Shown piece after piece: positions 37,514-48,900 of a stretch of 124,000 nt of DNA (its first letter is position 1; each line of letters begins with the position of its first letter). The translations under genes and the position numbers were made by a program. The notes below the pieces were generated by a model. It was not told where the DNA came from and made no database searches. It saw only the letters and a program-made list of their open reading frames with translations. This DNA comes from Hyalangium minutum (GTDB lineage: Bacteria; Myxococcota; Myxococcia; Myxococcales; Myxococcaceae). The DNA lies in NCBI RefSeq assembly GCF_000737315.1, contig NZ_JMCB01000013.1, positions 20,001 to 144,000 of the forward strand, written 5' to 3'.

Positions 37514-38725
37514 ATGGGCCTCCCCCGACCGTTCGTCCTTCCCCTGCTGACGTTATCGATGCTCCTCCTCGTGGCCTGCCGGGATGAGCAGGCGGGCCCG
37601 CGCCCGCGCACCCAGAAGATGCCCACCGTCGAGCAACTGCAGCCTCGCACCCTGGACACTGTGCCGGGGGACCTCACGTTCCGCAGTGGGGCCACGTTTG
37701 CCGGCGGGGCGATCGTCTACTTGGGCTCTCGGGTAACCCCGGCCCAGGCCACACCCGGCCAGCAGGTGACGCTGTCGCACTACTTCCAGGCGGCGCGCCA
37801 GGTTCCACCCGGATATGGCTTCTTCGTCCACATCATTGATCCGTCCACCGGGCAGATGCTGATCAACGCGGACCACGAGTTCCAGAATGGCCTGGCGCCG
37901 CTCGGCACGTGGCCGGTGGGCAAGATCATCGAGGACACGCATGCCATCCAGCTGCCGCAAGCCGCCGCGCGGGTAGTGCTTGGATTCTGGCGCGACGACC
38001 AGCGCCTGCCGGTGGACGACCCGAGGGCTCAGGATGGGCAGAACCGCATGATCGGGCCGGAGCTGGGCGGCAAGGCGCCAGAGCTCCCCGAGTACAAAGC
38101 CCCTCGAGCCCAGAAGCCGCCGGTCATCGACGGGGTGCTGGACGACGAGGCGTGGAAGTCGGCCCCTGTGGCGGTCTTGCAGGGCAGCTTTGACGGCCGT
38201 CCCGTGGTTCTGCGCACCGAGGCTCGGCTGACCTATGACGATGCGAACCTCTACGTCTCTTTCGACGCGGAGGATCCGGACATCTGGGGCACGCTGCTCA
38301 AGCGGGACGAGCCCATCTACGAGCAGGAGGTGGTGGAGATCTTCCTCGACGCCAACGCGAACGGGAGGACCTACAACGAACTCCAGGTGTCACCGCACAA
38401 CGTCATCTTCGACGCGTACTTCCCGGCCCGGAGGCAGGGAATGGACACGGGCTGGGACTCGGGGATGAAGACGGCGGTGAAGGTGAAGGGGACGATCGAC
38501 GACCCCTCCGATCGGGACGAGCGCTGGACGGTGGAGCTGCAGATCCCCTTCGCGCGGCTGGCGGAGGTGCCGAACGTGCCGCCCAAGAAGGGCGACCGCT
38601 GGCGCTTCAACCTGTACCGGCTGGAGCACCTGGGGCGCACCAACGTCGAGGGCCAATCCTTCTCCCCGGTCTTCGTGGGAGACTTCCACGCGCTGCCGCG
38701 CTTCGGCTGGCTGACCTTCGACTAG
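37514..38725 (+). CDS. Lipoprotein with carbohydrate-binding family 9-like (DOMON) domain
   Basis: Lipobox LVAC; PPVIDGVLDDEAW, YDDANLYV, WRFNLYR. Confidence 0.8.
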   Translation: MGLPRPFVLPLLTLSMLLLVACRDEQAGPRPRTQKMPTVEQLQPRTLDTVPGDLTFRSGATFAGGAIVYLGSRVTPAQATPGQQVTLSHYFQAARQVPPGYGFFVHIIDPSTGQMLINADHEFQNGLAPLGTWPVGKIIEDTHAIQLPQAAARVVLGFWRDDQRLPVDDPRAQDGQNRMIGPELGGKAPELPEYKAPRAQKPPVIDGVLDDEAWKSAPVAVLQGSFDGRPVVLRTEARLTYDDANLYVSFDAEDPDIWGTLLKRDEPIYEQEVVEIFLDANANGRTYNELQVSPHNVIFDAYFPARRQGMDTGWDSGMKTAVKVKGTIDDPSDRDERWTVELQIPFARLAEVPNVPPKKGDRWRFNLYRLEHLGRTNVEGQSFSPVFVGDFHALPRFGWLTFD

Positions 38726-38976
38726 GCGTGGGGAGTGATCTCCCAGTGCGCGTCCGCGACGGAGCGCTCGGAGGGGTCCCCCAGGAAGCGAAGGAAGCCG
38801 CGGAGCTCGAGGGTGTCGATGAGCTCTTCGGACTCCAGCTCGGAGAAGCCCTTCATGTGCACGAGCATGTCCCGCATCATGGACTTGCCGCGCAAGTAGC
38901 CTACGGGCTCACCAGGTCCCAGTGCGCCCTTCAAGTCCTCAGTCAGCTGCCTCAAATCGAGATCATCCGAGATCAT
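38722..38976 (-). CDS. Small hypothetical protein (possible winged helix)
   Basis: ORF coupled to comEC; SEELIDTLELRGFLRF helix. Confidence 0.7.
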   Translation of the reverse strand: MISDDLDLRQLTEDLKGALGPGEPVGYLRGKSMMRDMLVHMKGFSELESEELIDTLELRGFLRFLGDPSERSVADAHWEITPHA

Positions 38977-38980
38977 CCCT

Positions 38981-41446
38981 TCAAGGCTGGGGATGGTGGG
39001 CGACTGGGGCAACGGGGGAAGTGGAACGCGGCTTCTCGCGTGTCAGGTAGCCATGCAAGCGGACCTGACGGCCGTCGCTCTCCAGGGTAACGGCACCGTC
39101 CAGATCCGTACGAAAGCACTCGCTGCCCAGGGACTGGTAGCGCTCGAAAACCTCCGGGTGAGGGAAGCCGAACCGATTGCGGAGCCCCACGCAGAAGACG
39201 ACGTACTTGGGCTGGGTCCGCGCCAGCATGGGTTCAGTGGATGACGTGCGAGAGCCATGGTGAGGCGCCTTGAGCACCGTCACGGGCCCCAGGCGGTCGA
39301 GCAGCAATTCCTCACCGGCCTCCTCCACATCGCCCGTCAGCAGCACGGTGACGTCGCCATGGCGCACGAGCAGCACCACACTGCGGTCATTCACTCCTTC
39401 GAGCAGCTCGCGATCTTCGGGGAGGGGAGGTGCCAGCACTTCGAGCGTGGCCTCGCCCAGCTGGAACGAGGGCCACTCGGCCTGGACCTCCTCGACCTTG
39501 GCGCCACCGGCCGCGGCGATGAGCTTCCGGGACAGGGCGCCATCCGTGCTGCTCGCGGGTAGCCAGAGGCGGTCCGTGGGCACCTCGGCCAGCGTGGAGA
39601 TCATCCCCAGTGCATGATCCGGATGGGGGTGGGAGAGGACGGCGAGATCCAGCCGATCGATATGCTCGTGCTGGAGAAAGGGGATGACGTAGCGCTGGCC
39701 TGTGTCCGCGCCACCGGGCGCTCCACCGCCATCCACGAGCGCATGGTGTCCCCGTGAGCTGAGGACCATGGAGTCTCCCTGGCCCACGGAGAGGAAGGTG
39801 ATGCGCAGAGGCGGCTGAGGTGTGAACACCGGCAGCAGCACGGCCATCACGAAAGCCGCCGGTGTGAGCAGTCCTCCGAGCCGCCAGCGTCCCCTGCCGA
39901 GCGCCCACATCGCGAGCCCCAGGGCATACATCGCCGTGAGCCACGGCCCGAACGTGGGCAGCTTCACGGTGGCGAGCGGCATCGCCGCGAAGAACCGCGT
40001 GAGGATGATCAGCAGCTGGGACACCCAAGCCCCAGCCCACAGCACCGGAGTGGCCAGCATCGGTGAGACGATGAACAGCGCCACACCGCCTGCGGCGAAT
40101 CCGGTGAGCAGGCCGCACAAGGGCAGGCAGACGATGTTGGAGATCAATCCCGCGAGGCTCGCACGGCCAAAGGCGCTGGCCACCAAAGGCACACTGGCTC
40201 CGGTGACTGCGGCGCTGGCTCCGAACGTCTCCAGGATGGTCTCTCGCGCCTGCCCCCAGAGTCGCATGAGCCTGCGCTCCTCCTTCGGATCCGGAGGCGC
40301 AAGGGGAACAGCCGCACGCAGCGCCGGCGTGAGCAGCAGCAGGCTCAGCACCGCGAGGAAAGACAGCTGCAGCGACAGATCCACCACGCTGGAGGGCGCC
40401 CAGATAACCAGCAGGAGCGCCGCGGCAGACAGGCTGTTGAGCCCATCCGCGCGCCGCCACAGGGCCAGCCCCAGCAGCACCACCGTGGCCATGACCGCCG
40501 AGCGCACTGCCGGAGGCTGGTTGCCCGTAAAGACAACGTAAGCCCAGACAAACGGCACGGAGGCGGGAGCCGCCACCCGCCGTGCCTCGATGCCACGGAA
40601 ACGTATCCCCACGCGCACCAGCAATCGCCGCAGCAGTGCAAGCGTCATCAGCGCCAGCGCCGCCACGTGCAGTCCGCTCACGCTGAGCACGTGCGCGAGG
40701 CCGCTCCGCGAGAACGCATCCTCCAGCGAGTCATCCAGCGCCGCCCGCTGACCCGCGGCGAGCGTGAGGAACAGCGCCGCCGCATCCTCCGAAGGTGCCA
40801 GCCTCCGCACCGCCGCGGACAGCCCCTCCTGCGTCCGCGCAATGGCCTGCCACCCCGTGGAAGGGGGCGACAACACCAACAGCCGTCCCGCCACCACGCT
40901 GCCGGAAAACACAAAGGCCTGACGTCTGCGAGCCGCCGTGAAGTTCTTCTCACCCGGGTTGGCCGGAGGGGCCAGGGGCTGCAACTTGGCCTCCGCCCAG
41001 ATGCGTTGTCCCGGCAGCAGCGTGGGCCCAGCACCGTGCACGTAGAGGCTCGCGCGGAAGCGGACCGGAGCTGTCGCGTCGGCCTTCACACCCGCCCGAG
41101 CCACCGCCAAGTGGATCCGCGTCGAGTCCTCGAACGGATCCACCCGTTCGATCTCTCCCTCCAAAATAACGGATCCACCGCTGATCAGCTCCGGCGGCAC
41201 CTCCACGCGGGCCTCGAGCGCCCCGAGCCCCGCGCCCGCAACTCCCAGTGCCACCAGCAACACCAGGTGAGCACCAGGCAACCGAGCGAGCGATAGCACG
41301 GCCGCACTCATGAGAGCCGCGATGATCAGGAATACCCAGCCTCCGGAGCCCGTTCCCAACGGGCTCAACGCAGCACCGAGCATCACAGCTAATGCAGGAA
41401 AGAAGAGAGGGCGCGCCGAGAGGTCGCCCCATACATAACGATCCAC
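38981..41446 (-). CDS. comEC: ComEC/Rec2 DNA uptake channel
   Basis: HVLSVSGLHV competence domain; metallo-beta-lactamase SHPHPDH, VGQGD, APHHGS. Confidence 0.93.
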   Translation of the reverse strand: MDRYVWGDLSARPLFFPALAVMLGAALSPLGTGSGGWVFLIIAALMSAAVLSLARLPGAHLVLLVALGVAGAGLGALEARVEVPPELISGGSVILEGEIERVDPFEDSTRIHLAVARAGVKADATAPVRFRASLYVHGAGPTLLPGQRIWAEAKLQPLAPPANPGEKNFTAARRRQAFVFSGSVVAGRLLVLSPPSTGWQAIARTQEGLSAAVRRLAPSEDAAALFLTLAAGQRAALDDSLEDAFSRSGLAHVLSVSGLHVAALALMTLALLRRLLVRVGIRFRGIEARRVAAPASVPFVWAYVVFTGNQPPAVRSAVMATVVLLGLALWRRADGLNSLSAAALLLVIWAPSSVVDLSLQLSFLAVLSLLLLTPALRAAVPLAPPDPKEERRLMRLWGQARETILETFGASAAVTGASVPLVASAFGRASLAGLISNIVCLPLCGLLTGFAAGGVALFIVSPMLATPVLWAGAWVSQLLIILTRFFAAMPLATVKLPTFGPWLTAMYALGLAMWALGRGRWRLGGLLTPAAFVMAVLLPVFTPQPPLRITFLSVGQGDSMVLSSRGHHALVDGGGAPGGADTGQRYVIPFLQHEHIDRLDLAVLSHPHPDHALGMISTLAEVPTDRLWLPASSTDGALSRKLIAAAGGAKVEEVQAEWPSFQLGEATLEVLAPPLPEDRELLEGVNDRSVVLLVRHGDVTVLLTGDVEEAGEELLLDRLGPVTVLKAPHHGSRTSSTEPMLARTQPKYVVFCVGLRNRFGFPHPEVFERYQSLGSECFRTDLDGAVTLESDGRQVRLHGYLTREKPRSTSPVAPVAHHPQP

Positions 41447-41642
41447 AACCTACCCCGCCCGTCCTATCCCCGGCGCGGTACCCACAGCAGTGGGCGGCGC
41501 GCATGAAATCCGACACGGTAGTAGGGCAGTTCTGAGATGGTCAAGAGTTCATCGGCGGAAACGTTGCTGGAACGTGTGGTTTGTGGTAGTAGTGCCGTGC
41601 GTCCGTAGGCCGGAGCCGGAATTTTCAAGGAGGCGGTAACGA

Positions 41643-42140
41643 GTGCAGACCAGCTTCAAGACTGGTGACAAGGCGGTTTATCCGGGCCAAGGGGTCGGCG
41701 AGGTGATGGGCATCGAGCACACCGAGGTGGCCGGGCAGCGCCAGTCGTTCTACGTGCTGCGCATCCTGGAGAACGGGATGCGGATCATGATCCCCATCAA
41801 CAAGGTCGGCTCGGTGGGCCTTCGCGAGATCATCAGCGAGGAGGACGTCAAGCAGGTCTATTCCATCCTCAAGGAGAAGGACATCTCCGTCGACTCCACC
41901 ACCTGGAACCGCCGGTACCGGGAGTACATGGAGAAGATCAAGACGGGCTCCGTCTTCGAGATCGCCGAGGTGCTTCGCGATCTGTACCTCCTGAAGGGTG
42001 ACAAGGATCTCTCCTTCGGTGAGCGCAAGATGCTGGATACGGCGCGTTCGCTGCTGATCAAGGAGCTGTCGCTGGCCAAGGACTGCTCCGAGGAAGAGAT
42101 CGAGTCGGACCTGAAGAAGATCTTCAACATCACCGCCTAG
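41643..42140 (+). CDS. cdnL: CarD-family RNAP-binding regulator CdnL
   Basis: GDKAVYPGQGVG, WNRRY, LSFGERKML; stand-alone CarD without HMGA domain. Confidence 0.93.
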   Translation: MQTSFKTGDKAVYPGQGVGEVMGIEHTEVAGQRQSFYVLRILENGMRIMIPINKVGSVGLREIISEEDVKQVYSILKEKDISVDSTTWNRRYREYMEKIKTGSVFEIAEVLRDLYLLKGDKDLSFGERKMLDTARSLLIKELSLAKDCSEEEIESDLKKIFNITA

Positions 42141-42168
42141 CAGAAGCAGCGCCGCTGGCGCATGCTCG

Positions 42169-42202
42169 GCCCCGGGCTCCTCAGAGGAACCCGGGGCTTT
42201 TT
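42169..42202 (+). terminator. Rho-independent terminator after cdnL
   Basis: GCCCCGGG..CCTC-A-GAGG..CCCGGGGC followed by T run. Confidence 0.7.
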
Positions 42203-42203
42203 C

Positions 42204-42887
42204 ATGTCCGAAGAGCAGCTCATCCGAGAGGAGCGCGAGCGGCGCATCGCCGAGCTGGAGGCCCGCCAAGCGCGGAGGCCTCGCAGCCCGCTGAGGGTAC
42301 CGGTGGCCTTGGTGGGGATCGGCGTGGCCACTGCGCTGCTGGTGATGCAGTGGCGCGAGGTGAGCTATTTCTTCTCGCCGCGCACGCCGCTGTCCCTGGG
42401 CGCCGAGGGCGAGTACCGCTATCCAGAGCGGGTCTCCAACCGCTACGCGCAGCTTCACGGTGTGCCCACCACTCAGGGCGCCTATGAGCGGGAGGGGGAC
42501 GCGGTGTTCGTCCTGGTGGGGCTCCGGGACTCACCGTTCCTGGTGCGCAGGCCCGCCTTGCCGGGAGAAGAGTGGTCCCAAGGGAGGAAGCCGCCTCAGC
42601 CGGATCAGCGGCCCTTCGCGGTGCGAGGACGGCTGCTCGCGGAGGAGGACGCCTCTCGGTACAGCGAGGCATTCAAGCTGATGCGCGAGAAGGGCGAGGT
42701 GCAGCCGCTGCAGGGGCGCCTGTGGATCATCATCGAGGGACAGCGGCCCGGAGAGGACTTGGGGCGCTTGGTGGTGACGCTGCTGCTGGTGCTCGTCATC
42801 GCCGCGAACGGGCTGTTCCTGGTGCAGAACCTGCGCCGGCCCACGGCCTCGAAGAACGGGGACGAAGGCGGGGCTACTTCCCGTTGA
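42204..42887 (+). CDS. Hypothetical membrane protein
   Basis: Two TM segments flanking a soluble domain. Confidence 0.7.
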   Translation: MSEEQLIREERERRIAELEARQARRPRSPLRVPVALVGIGVATALLVMQWREVSYFFSPRTPLSLGAEGEYRYPERVSNRYAQLHGVPTTQGAYEREGDAVFVLVGLRDSPFLVRRPALPGEEWSQGRKPPQPDQRPFAVRGRLLAEEDASRYSEAFKLMREKGEVQPLQGRLWIIIEGQRPGEDLGRLVVTLLLVLVIAANGLFLVQNLRRPTASKNGDEGGATSR

Positions 42888-44343
42888 GCTGCTGCAGCTC
42901 TGTCTTGGCCCACGTGTTCGAGGGATCGTACTTGAGGGCCATCTCGAAGGACTCGCGCGCGGCGGCCTTGTCCTTGGCCTTCAGCTGATCCTGGCCCAGC
43001 TGGGTGTAGAGCTTGCCCACCTGCCTGCGGATCGCTTGCACATGCTTCGCCCAGCCCTGGGACAGCTCTTGATCCACGGCCAGCGCGGTGGCGAGGTTCT
43101 GAATGGCCCGGGCCGAGTCCTTCGCATCCAGGGCCTTCTGGGCGGCGTCACGGGCGTTCTGGAACTCAGAGAGCTTCTTGGTCAGCGGCTCGAGCTGTCC
43201 GCTGCGGGCCAGATTCAGCGCGCCGGCCACATCTCCGGACTCGTACAGCGAGAGGACCGCGTCACGGCTCACAGGAGCCGCAGCAGGGGCGGGGGCCTTC
43301 TCAGCGGCGCTCGAGGGCGCCGAGTCCTCCGAGCGAGCGGTGGCGGCCTTGGTGCTCGCCTTGGTGCCCTTCCGGGACGCCAGGGGCTTCGCGCTCACGG
43401 ACGAGGCTCGGGGTCCCTGGGAAGGCTTGAGGGGCTTGAGCGCTCGAGGAGATTCCTCGGCCACCACCTCCTCCTGGGGCGCAGCGGTCTGCTCCTCCTC
43501 GTTGGCGGAAGGCGGAGGGACGTACTCCGTGGCCTGCGGCGCTGGAGCGGTGGCCTCGGGAGGCGTAGCGCTCTCGGTGGACGGGGCTGGCGCGGGCGAG
43601 GGGCTGCGCTGAGCCGGGCCCGAGAACTTCAGGAATGCGAGAGTGAGCAGCGCCGCCACCCCCGAGCCCACGGCCGCCGCTATGAGCGCGACGCGCGAGA
43701 GGCTCATGCGGCGGCGGGTGTGTGACGCCGGTGCCGTGCGGGTCTCGGTGACCACCGAGGGCGCCGCTTCCTTCTCCGCAGGCGCGCCCGGGCCCCGCAG
43801 CTTCAGCACCGCGTTGCCCAGGGAGATCTCGTCCCCGACGACAATCTCCTGGTCCGCGGAGAGCTTGATGCGGTTGACGAAGGTGCCGTTCTGGCTGCCC
43901 AGGTCTCTCAGCGTGAAGCGCTCGCCCTGGCGCATGAGCTGGGCGTGGCGGCGGCTGATGGACGGATGCTGCAGCCGCAAGTCACACGCGGAGGCCCGGC
44001 CGATGATGAGTGGGCCCTGCTTCACGGGCATCAGCTGCCCGGCGCCCGGGCCCTTCTCCACGTACAGGAACGCCAGCACGTAGCCGGGATCCGAGTACTC
44101 CTGGGTATCGAACCGCGTGGCCAGCTCGCGGTCCTTGGTGCCCTCGCGAACGCCCGTGCGCCGGGCCCCCGTGCGGCGGCTGCCCGCGGGGAACTGAGGC
44201 ACGCGCTGCGGACGCGGATCGTCCTCCTGCAGCGGAGCGACCTCGTCGTCATCGAAGGGCAGCTCCACGTCCTCCTTCTTGGACGCCGCCGCGCCCGGCG
44301 GTCGGGGAGGGCGCGGAGGACGTTTAGGATTGGAGGGAGCCAT
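42874..44343 (-). CDS. FHA-domain membrane protein with C-terminal TPR
   Basis: IGRA...ISRRH...SQNGTFVN; TM helix; TPR. Confidence 0.85.
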   Translation of the reverse strand: MAPSNPKRPPRPPRPPGAAASKKEDVELPFDDDEVAPLQEDDPRPQRVPQFPAGSRRTGARRTGVREGTKDRELATRFDTQEYSDPGYVLAFLYVEKGPGAGQLMPVKQGPLIIGRASACDLRLQHPSISRRHAQLMRQGERFTLRDLGSQNGTFVNRIKLSADQEIVVGDEISLGNAVLKLRGPGAPAEKEAAPSVVTETRTAPASHTRRRMSLSRVALIAAAVGSGVAALLTLAFLKFSGPAQRSPSPAPAPSTESATPPEATAPAPQATEYVPPPSANEEEQTAAPQEEVVAEESPRALKPLKPSQGPRASSVSAKPLASRKGTKASTKAATARSEDSAPSSAAEKAPAPAAAPVSRDAVLSLYESGDVAGALNLARSGQLEPLTKKLSEFQNARDAAQKALDAKDSARAIQNLATALAVDQELSQGWAKHVQAIRRQVGKLYTQLGQDQLKAKDKAAARESFEMALKYDPSNTWAKTELQQLNGK

Positions 44344-44441
44344 ACCTGTCCCCATTCTCCCAGAAAGGTGGCTGACTGTGCCACATTCAGGAGCCTAGAG
44401 TGCGGCCGTCCGTTCACTGTTCGCCTGGAGGAACCCAGCCC

Positions 44442-45926
44442 GTGGCCCAGCCGTCGATCACGCTCTTCAACACGCTGACGATGCAGAAGGAACCCCTCGT
44501 TCCGCTCGAGCCGGGCGCTGTCCGGGTGTACGTGTGCGGTCCCACTGTATATAGCTACATTCATGTGGGGAACGCGCGTACCTTTACCTCCTTTGACGTG
44601 ATCGTCCGCTACCTGAGGTACCGGGGGTACCGGGTGACGTACGTGCGCAACTACACGGACGTGGACGACAAGATCATCAAGGCAGCGAAGGAGACGGGCG
44701 AGGAGCCGGTGGCCCTGGCGGCGCGCTTCGTGGAGATCTTCCGAGAGGACGCGAAGGCGCTGCACATGAAGGAGCCGGACGTCTCGCCGAAGGTGAGCGA
44801 GCACTTGCCGGAGATCCTCCGCATCATCCAGACGCTGGTGGACAAGGGCGTGGCGTACGAGTCCCAGGGGGACGTCTACTTCGCGGTGAGCCGCTACCCA
44901 GAGTACGCGAAGCTGTCCAAGCGCAACCTGGACGATCTTCGCGCGGGCGAGCGCGTGCAGCCGGGCGAGCAGAAGCGCGAGCCCTTGGACTTCGCGCTGT
45001 GGAAGGCGGCCAAGCCGGGCGAGCCGGCGTGGGACAGCCCATGGGGCAAGGGGCGGCCGGGCTGGCACATCGAGTGCTCGGCGATGAGCGCGCGCTACCT
45101 GGGCGAGTCGTTCGACATCCACGGCGGCGCGCTGGATCTGATCTTCCCGCACCACGAGAACGAGCTCGCCCAGAGCGAGGCGGCCAACAGCAAGCCATTC
45201 GCGAAGTACTGGATGCACTGCGGCTTCCTGGACATGGAAGGCGCGAAGATGTCCAAGTCGCTGGGCAACGTGGTGCGGCTGCGCGACGCGCTGGTGAAGG
45301 TGGACGCGGAGGCGCTGCGGTTCTTCTTCCTGTCCACGCACTACCGGCACCCGCTGAACTTCGCGGAGAAGGCGATCGCCGACGCCGAGCAGCGCATGGA
45401 GTACTTCTACGAGACGCTGCGCAAGGTGGACGAGCGCGTCGCGGGCAAGGACTTCGGGAAGGGCCCGCTGCACGGCGAGCCGGAGAAGTTCCTGCGCGAC
45501 TTCGAGACGGTGATGGATGACGACTTCAACTTCGCCGGAGCGCTGGGAGGGCTGTCGGGCCTCTTCACGCTGATGAACGAACTGGTGGATAAGCCGCCGG
45601 TGAAGGACAAGGCGCTGGTGGGGCGGACGCTCCAGGCGCTGCGGGAGATCGTCGGCAAGGTGTCGGGCGTGCTCGGGCTGTTCGAGGACGATCCGGCCCA
45701 GTGGCTGCTGCGCCACCGGGATCGGGCCGTGAAGGAGCGCGGCATCGACGTGGCCGAGGTGGAGCGGCTGATCGCGCAGCGCAACGATGCGCGCAAGGCG
45801 AAGAACTTCGCCGAGGCGGATCGGGTGCGCACCGAGCTGAAGTCGAAGGGCGTGGAGATCATGGACACGCCCACGGGCACCACGTGGAAGGTGGCGCCCC
45901 CAGCCACCGAGGCTGCCCCCGTCTGA
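44442..45926 (+). CDS. cysS: Cysteine--tRNA ligase
   Basis: CGPTVY..HVGNAR, GRPGWHIECS, KMSKS. Confidence 0.97.
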   Translation: MAQPSITLFNTLTMQKEPLVPLEPGAVRVYVCGPTVYSYIHVGNARTFTSFDVIVRYLRYRGYRVTYVRNYTDVDDKIIKAAKETGEEPVALAARFVEIFREDAKALHMKEPDVSPKVSEHLPEILRIIQTLVDKGVAYESQGDVYFAVSRYPEYAKLSKRNLDDLRAGERVQPGEQKREPLDFALWKAAKPGEPAWDSPWGKGRPGWHIECSAMSARYLGESFDIHGGALDLIFPHHENELAQSEAANSKPFAKYWMHCGFLDMEGAKMSKSLGNVVRLRDALVKVDAEALRFFFLSTHYRHPLNFAEKAIADAEQRMEYFYETLRKVDERVAGKDFGKGPLHGEPEKFLRDFETVMDDDFNFAGALGGLSGLFTLMNELVDKPPVKDKALVGRTLQALREIVGKVSGVLGLFEDDPAQWLLRHRDRAVKERGIDVAEVERLIAQRNDARKAKNFAEADRVRTELKSKGVEIMDTPTGTTWKVAPPATEAAPV

Positions 45927-45930
45927 TCTC

Positions 45931-48900
45931 TCAGGCGGCGGTAGCCTCGCCGAAGCGCTCGCGCGCCAGCTCGAGCGTCCGGGCGTTGTCGGGCACCTTG
46001 CGCAGGAATCGCTCTCGCGCGGCGGCGTCCGGGAAGCCCTCGGCGCAAGCACGGAGGTGCTCCAGGGCCTTGCGCAGGGCTGCGTCTCCGGCCGTGCTGT
46101 CTCCCTGCGCGAAGCAGGCCTCGGCCAGCGCCAGGTGCACGCCGATGAAGTCCACGCCCCGGGCTCCAGCGCGCTCCAGGTGCCGCACGGCGCGCTCGGC
46201 CTCCTGGCGGGCCTCGGCTGCGCGTCCCTGGAGCCGCAGGGCCTCGCTCAACACCGGCCGTACAAGGCTGGGCAGGGGCGGCAGCAGCTCACATGCCTGG
46301 CGCGCATGCTGCTCGGCCTCGGCGGGCTTGCCCTCGGCCAGGGCGATCCTCGCCAGGGCGACGTGCGCCATGCCGGGGTAGAGCGGGCTGTAGCTGGTGA
46401 CGGTGAGCGCGGCCTCGGCCATGGTCCGGGCCTGGGCACGGGCCTCCGGCTCGGGGAGCGCGGACATGACCACGGAGAAGTAGCCCTGGCTGTAGAGCAA
46501 CGTGAGGGGCTGCTCGAAGCGCTGCAAGCGGGCCACGGACTCCTGCACGCGGGTCCTTGCGCTGGCCGAGTCCCCCATCATGGCCGCGACGAGCCCGCTC
46601 ACGGTCTTCACCTTGGCGAGGCTGTGGACCCGGCCTTCCTGCTGCAGCGTCTTCTCCGCGCGCAGGAGCCCCTCCCAGGCCTGCCACGGCTTGGGCTCCA
46701 GGTGGAACGAGAAGAAGGCCTGGGTGTAGTCGCGGTAGGACTCCAGCAGCGCGTCGGAGCCCTCCAGGCCGAGGATGCGCTGGAGGTGGACCTCCGCCTC
46801 CTGGCGCATGCCGAGCCGGACGAAGGCCGTGGAGATGAAGCAGAGCGCCTGGGCATAGGCGTACACACCATCGGCCTCGGGTGAGGTGCGCAGCAGCAGC
46901 TCCACGAGCGGCATCACCTCGGCCGGCTGGCCCCGGTTGACGCTGTTGAGGATGAGGCTGCTGATCAGATCGCACCAGGGCCGGCTGCCCGCCTTCAGCT
47001 CGGGGAGGATCTCCCGGCCCGTTCCCGTCAGCAGCGAGGGATCGTTCAGCCAGAAGGTCGCGGTGGCCTGCAGGGCGCGCAGGCGCGAGCGCGTCTCGCT
47101 CGGCATCTCCAGCTTCAGCGCAGCCTCCACGCACTGCAGCGCGCTCCGGGCGTCTCCGCGCTCCAGGCGCTGATCGGCGGCCTGGATGTAGAAGCGGACG
47201 GCCCGCTCGGGCTGCTGGCCGAGGTAGGCGTGATCCGCGAGCACGCGCGGATCCGTCTCTCCGCCTTGCTCCAGCCACTCGCCCGCGAGCCGGTGGCCGG
47301 TGGCCTTGTGGGCCTCGGGGACCAGGGCATAGGCGGCGTCCCGCATCAGCGCGTGCCGGAAGCGGTAGGCCTTCTCTCCCGCGAACGTCCGATCCGGCTG
47401 GGACTCGATGATCTCCATCGCCACGAGGCGCTCCAGCCAGTGCTCCAGCGTGCCCGGTGTCTCCTGGGCGTTGCGGAGTGCCCGGACGGCCCCGGTCCAG
47501 AAGGTGCGGCCCAGGAAGCTGGCGGCCAGGAGCGCCTGCCGGGCCTCGGGCTCCAGCCGCAGGATGCGCGACTGGAGCATGGCCAGCACTGTGCCGGGAG
47601 GCGTGTCTCCGCGGCCCTCGGCGACCATGCGGATGAGCTCCTCCAGGAACAAGGCGTTGCCCGCCGACTGCTCCAGGAGCCGGTCCACCACGGCCTCCTC
47701 CACGCCGGACCCGAGCACGTCGCGGATCAACTGAGCGCCGGCCTTGCGGCTCAGGCTCCGCAGGGCGACCTCCTGCAGGCGCTGCGACCAGAGGCCGGGG
47801 AACAGCTCCTTGATCTCGGGACGGGCCAGCGCCAGCACCAGGAGGGGGCAGTCGGCCAGCTCGCGAAGCAACCGATCCACCCACTGCACGGTCAGGGCGT
47901 CACCCCAGTGCAGATCCTCGAGCACGAGGAGCACGGGGGAATGCTGACTCTCCGCGCGCAGCCAGGTGATGATCGCCCCGCCCACTGCGGCGTTCATCTG
48001 GGCCGGATCGCGGCGGAGTTCCCTCAGCTGCGAATAGGTCTCCTCCGGGAAGGGCGCGCTGCAGATCTCTCCCAGCAGGGCCGCCACTTCGGGCACCTCG
48101 CGCTCGGGCAGGTACTTCGCCACGCGCTCACGCAGCTTCTGGCGGCGGGTCTCGGCGGGCTCGCCCGGCTCCATGCCGCACAGCTGCTGCAGCAACTGCC
48201 CCACCATGCACATGCAGCCGCTGACGTTCATCGGATCGCCGCGGCCTTGGAGCAGCAGCACCGGCTGCTCGCGCCGGGAGACGCGGCGGAGGAACTCGTG
48301 GCGCAGCCGGGACTTGCCCGTGCCGGGAGGCGCCACCACCAGCAGGGCCTGCGCCGTGGAGTCCTCGATGCAGGTGGAGAGGGCCAGCTCCAGCAGGGCG
48401 AGCTCCTGCTCGCGGCCCACACACGGGGTGGGTTTGCCGAGCAGCGGGCGGGAGGCGTCCGCCGTCAGATGCTCGCTTTGCAGCAGGAAGGTGTCCGTGG
48501 AGGCCCGCTCCAACTGGAAGCCCGGGCCCAGAAGCCCGGCTGTTACCTCGTCCAGCACCACATGGGGCGACGCGGTGGGGTGACCGAACCGGTGCAGAAG
48601 CTGCCCCGCGCGGTCCATGGCCTCGCCCACGGGGAGGTGGGCACTGATGACACCCCGCCCCGTAACGAGCACGGCCGTCACCTCGGGCCAGCGCTCCTTG
48701 AGGGAGAGGGCGCACCGGGCGGCCAGCGAGGCCTGATCCGTCGCGCCGTGACGGCCTGCCAGCAGCGTCAGCACCAGAGAGCCATCCGCCATCAGCTCCA
48801 CCTGAGCCCGGTGCGGCGTGAGCACGGCACGCAGCGAGTCCCGCAGCGAGCGCCGCTGGACCATCGCCTCCGGCCCTGGCTCCGCCACCACTGGAGGAGC

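Noticed and set aside
38981-41446. comEC as evidence of a competence system
   Set aside because: comEC is widespread in non-transformable bacteria; no comEA/comF/dprA in this window.
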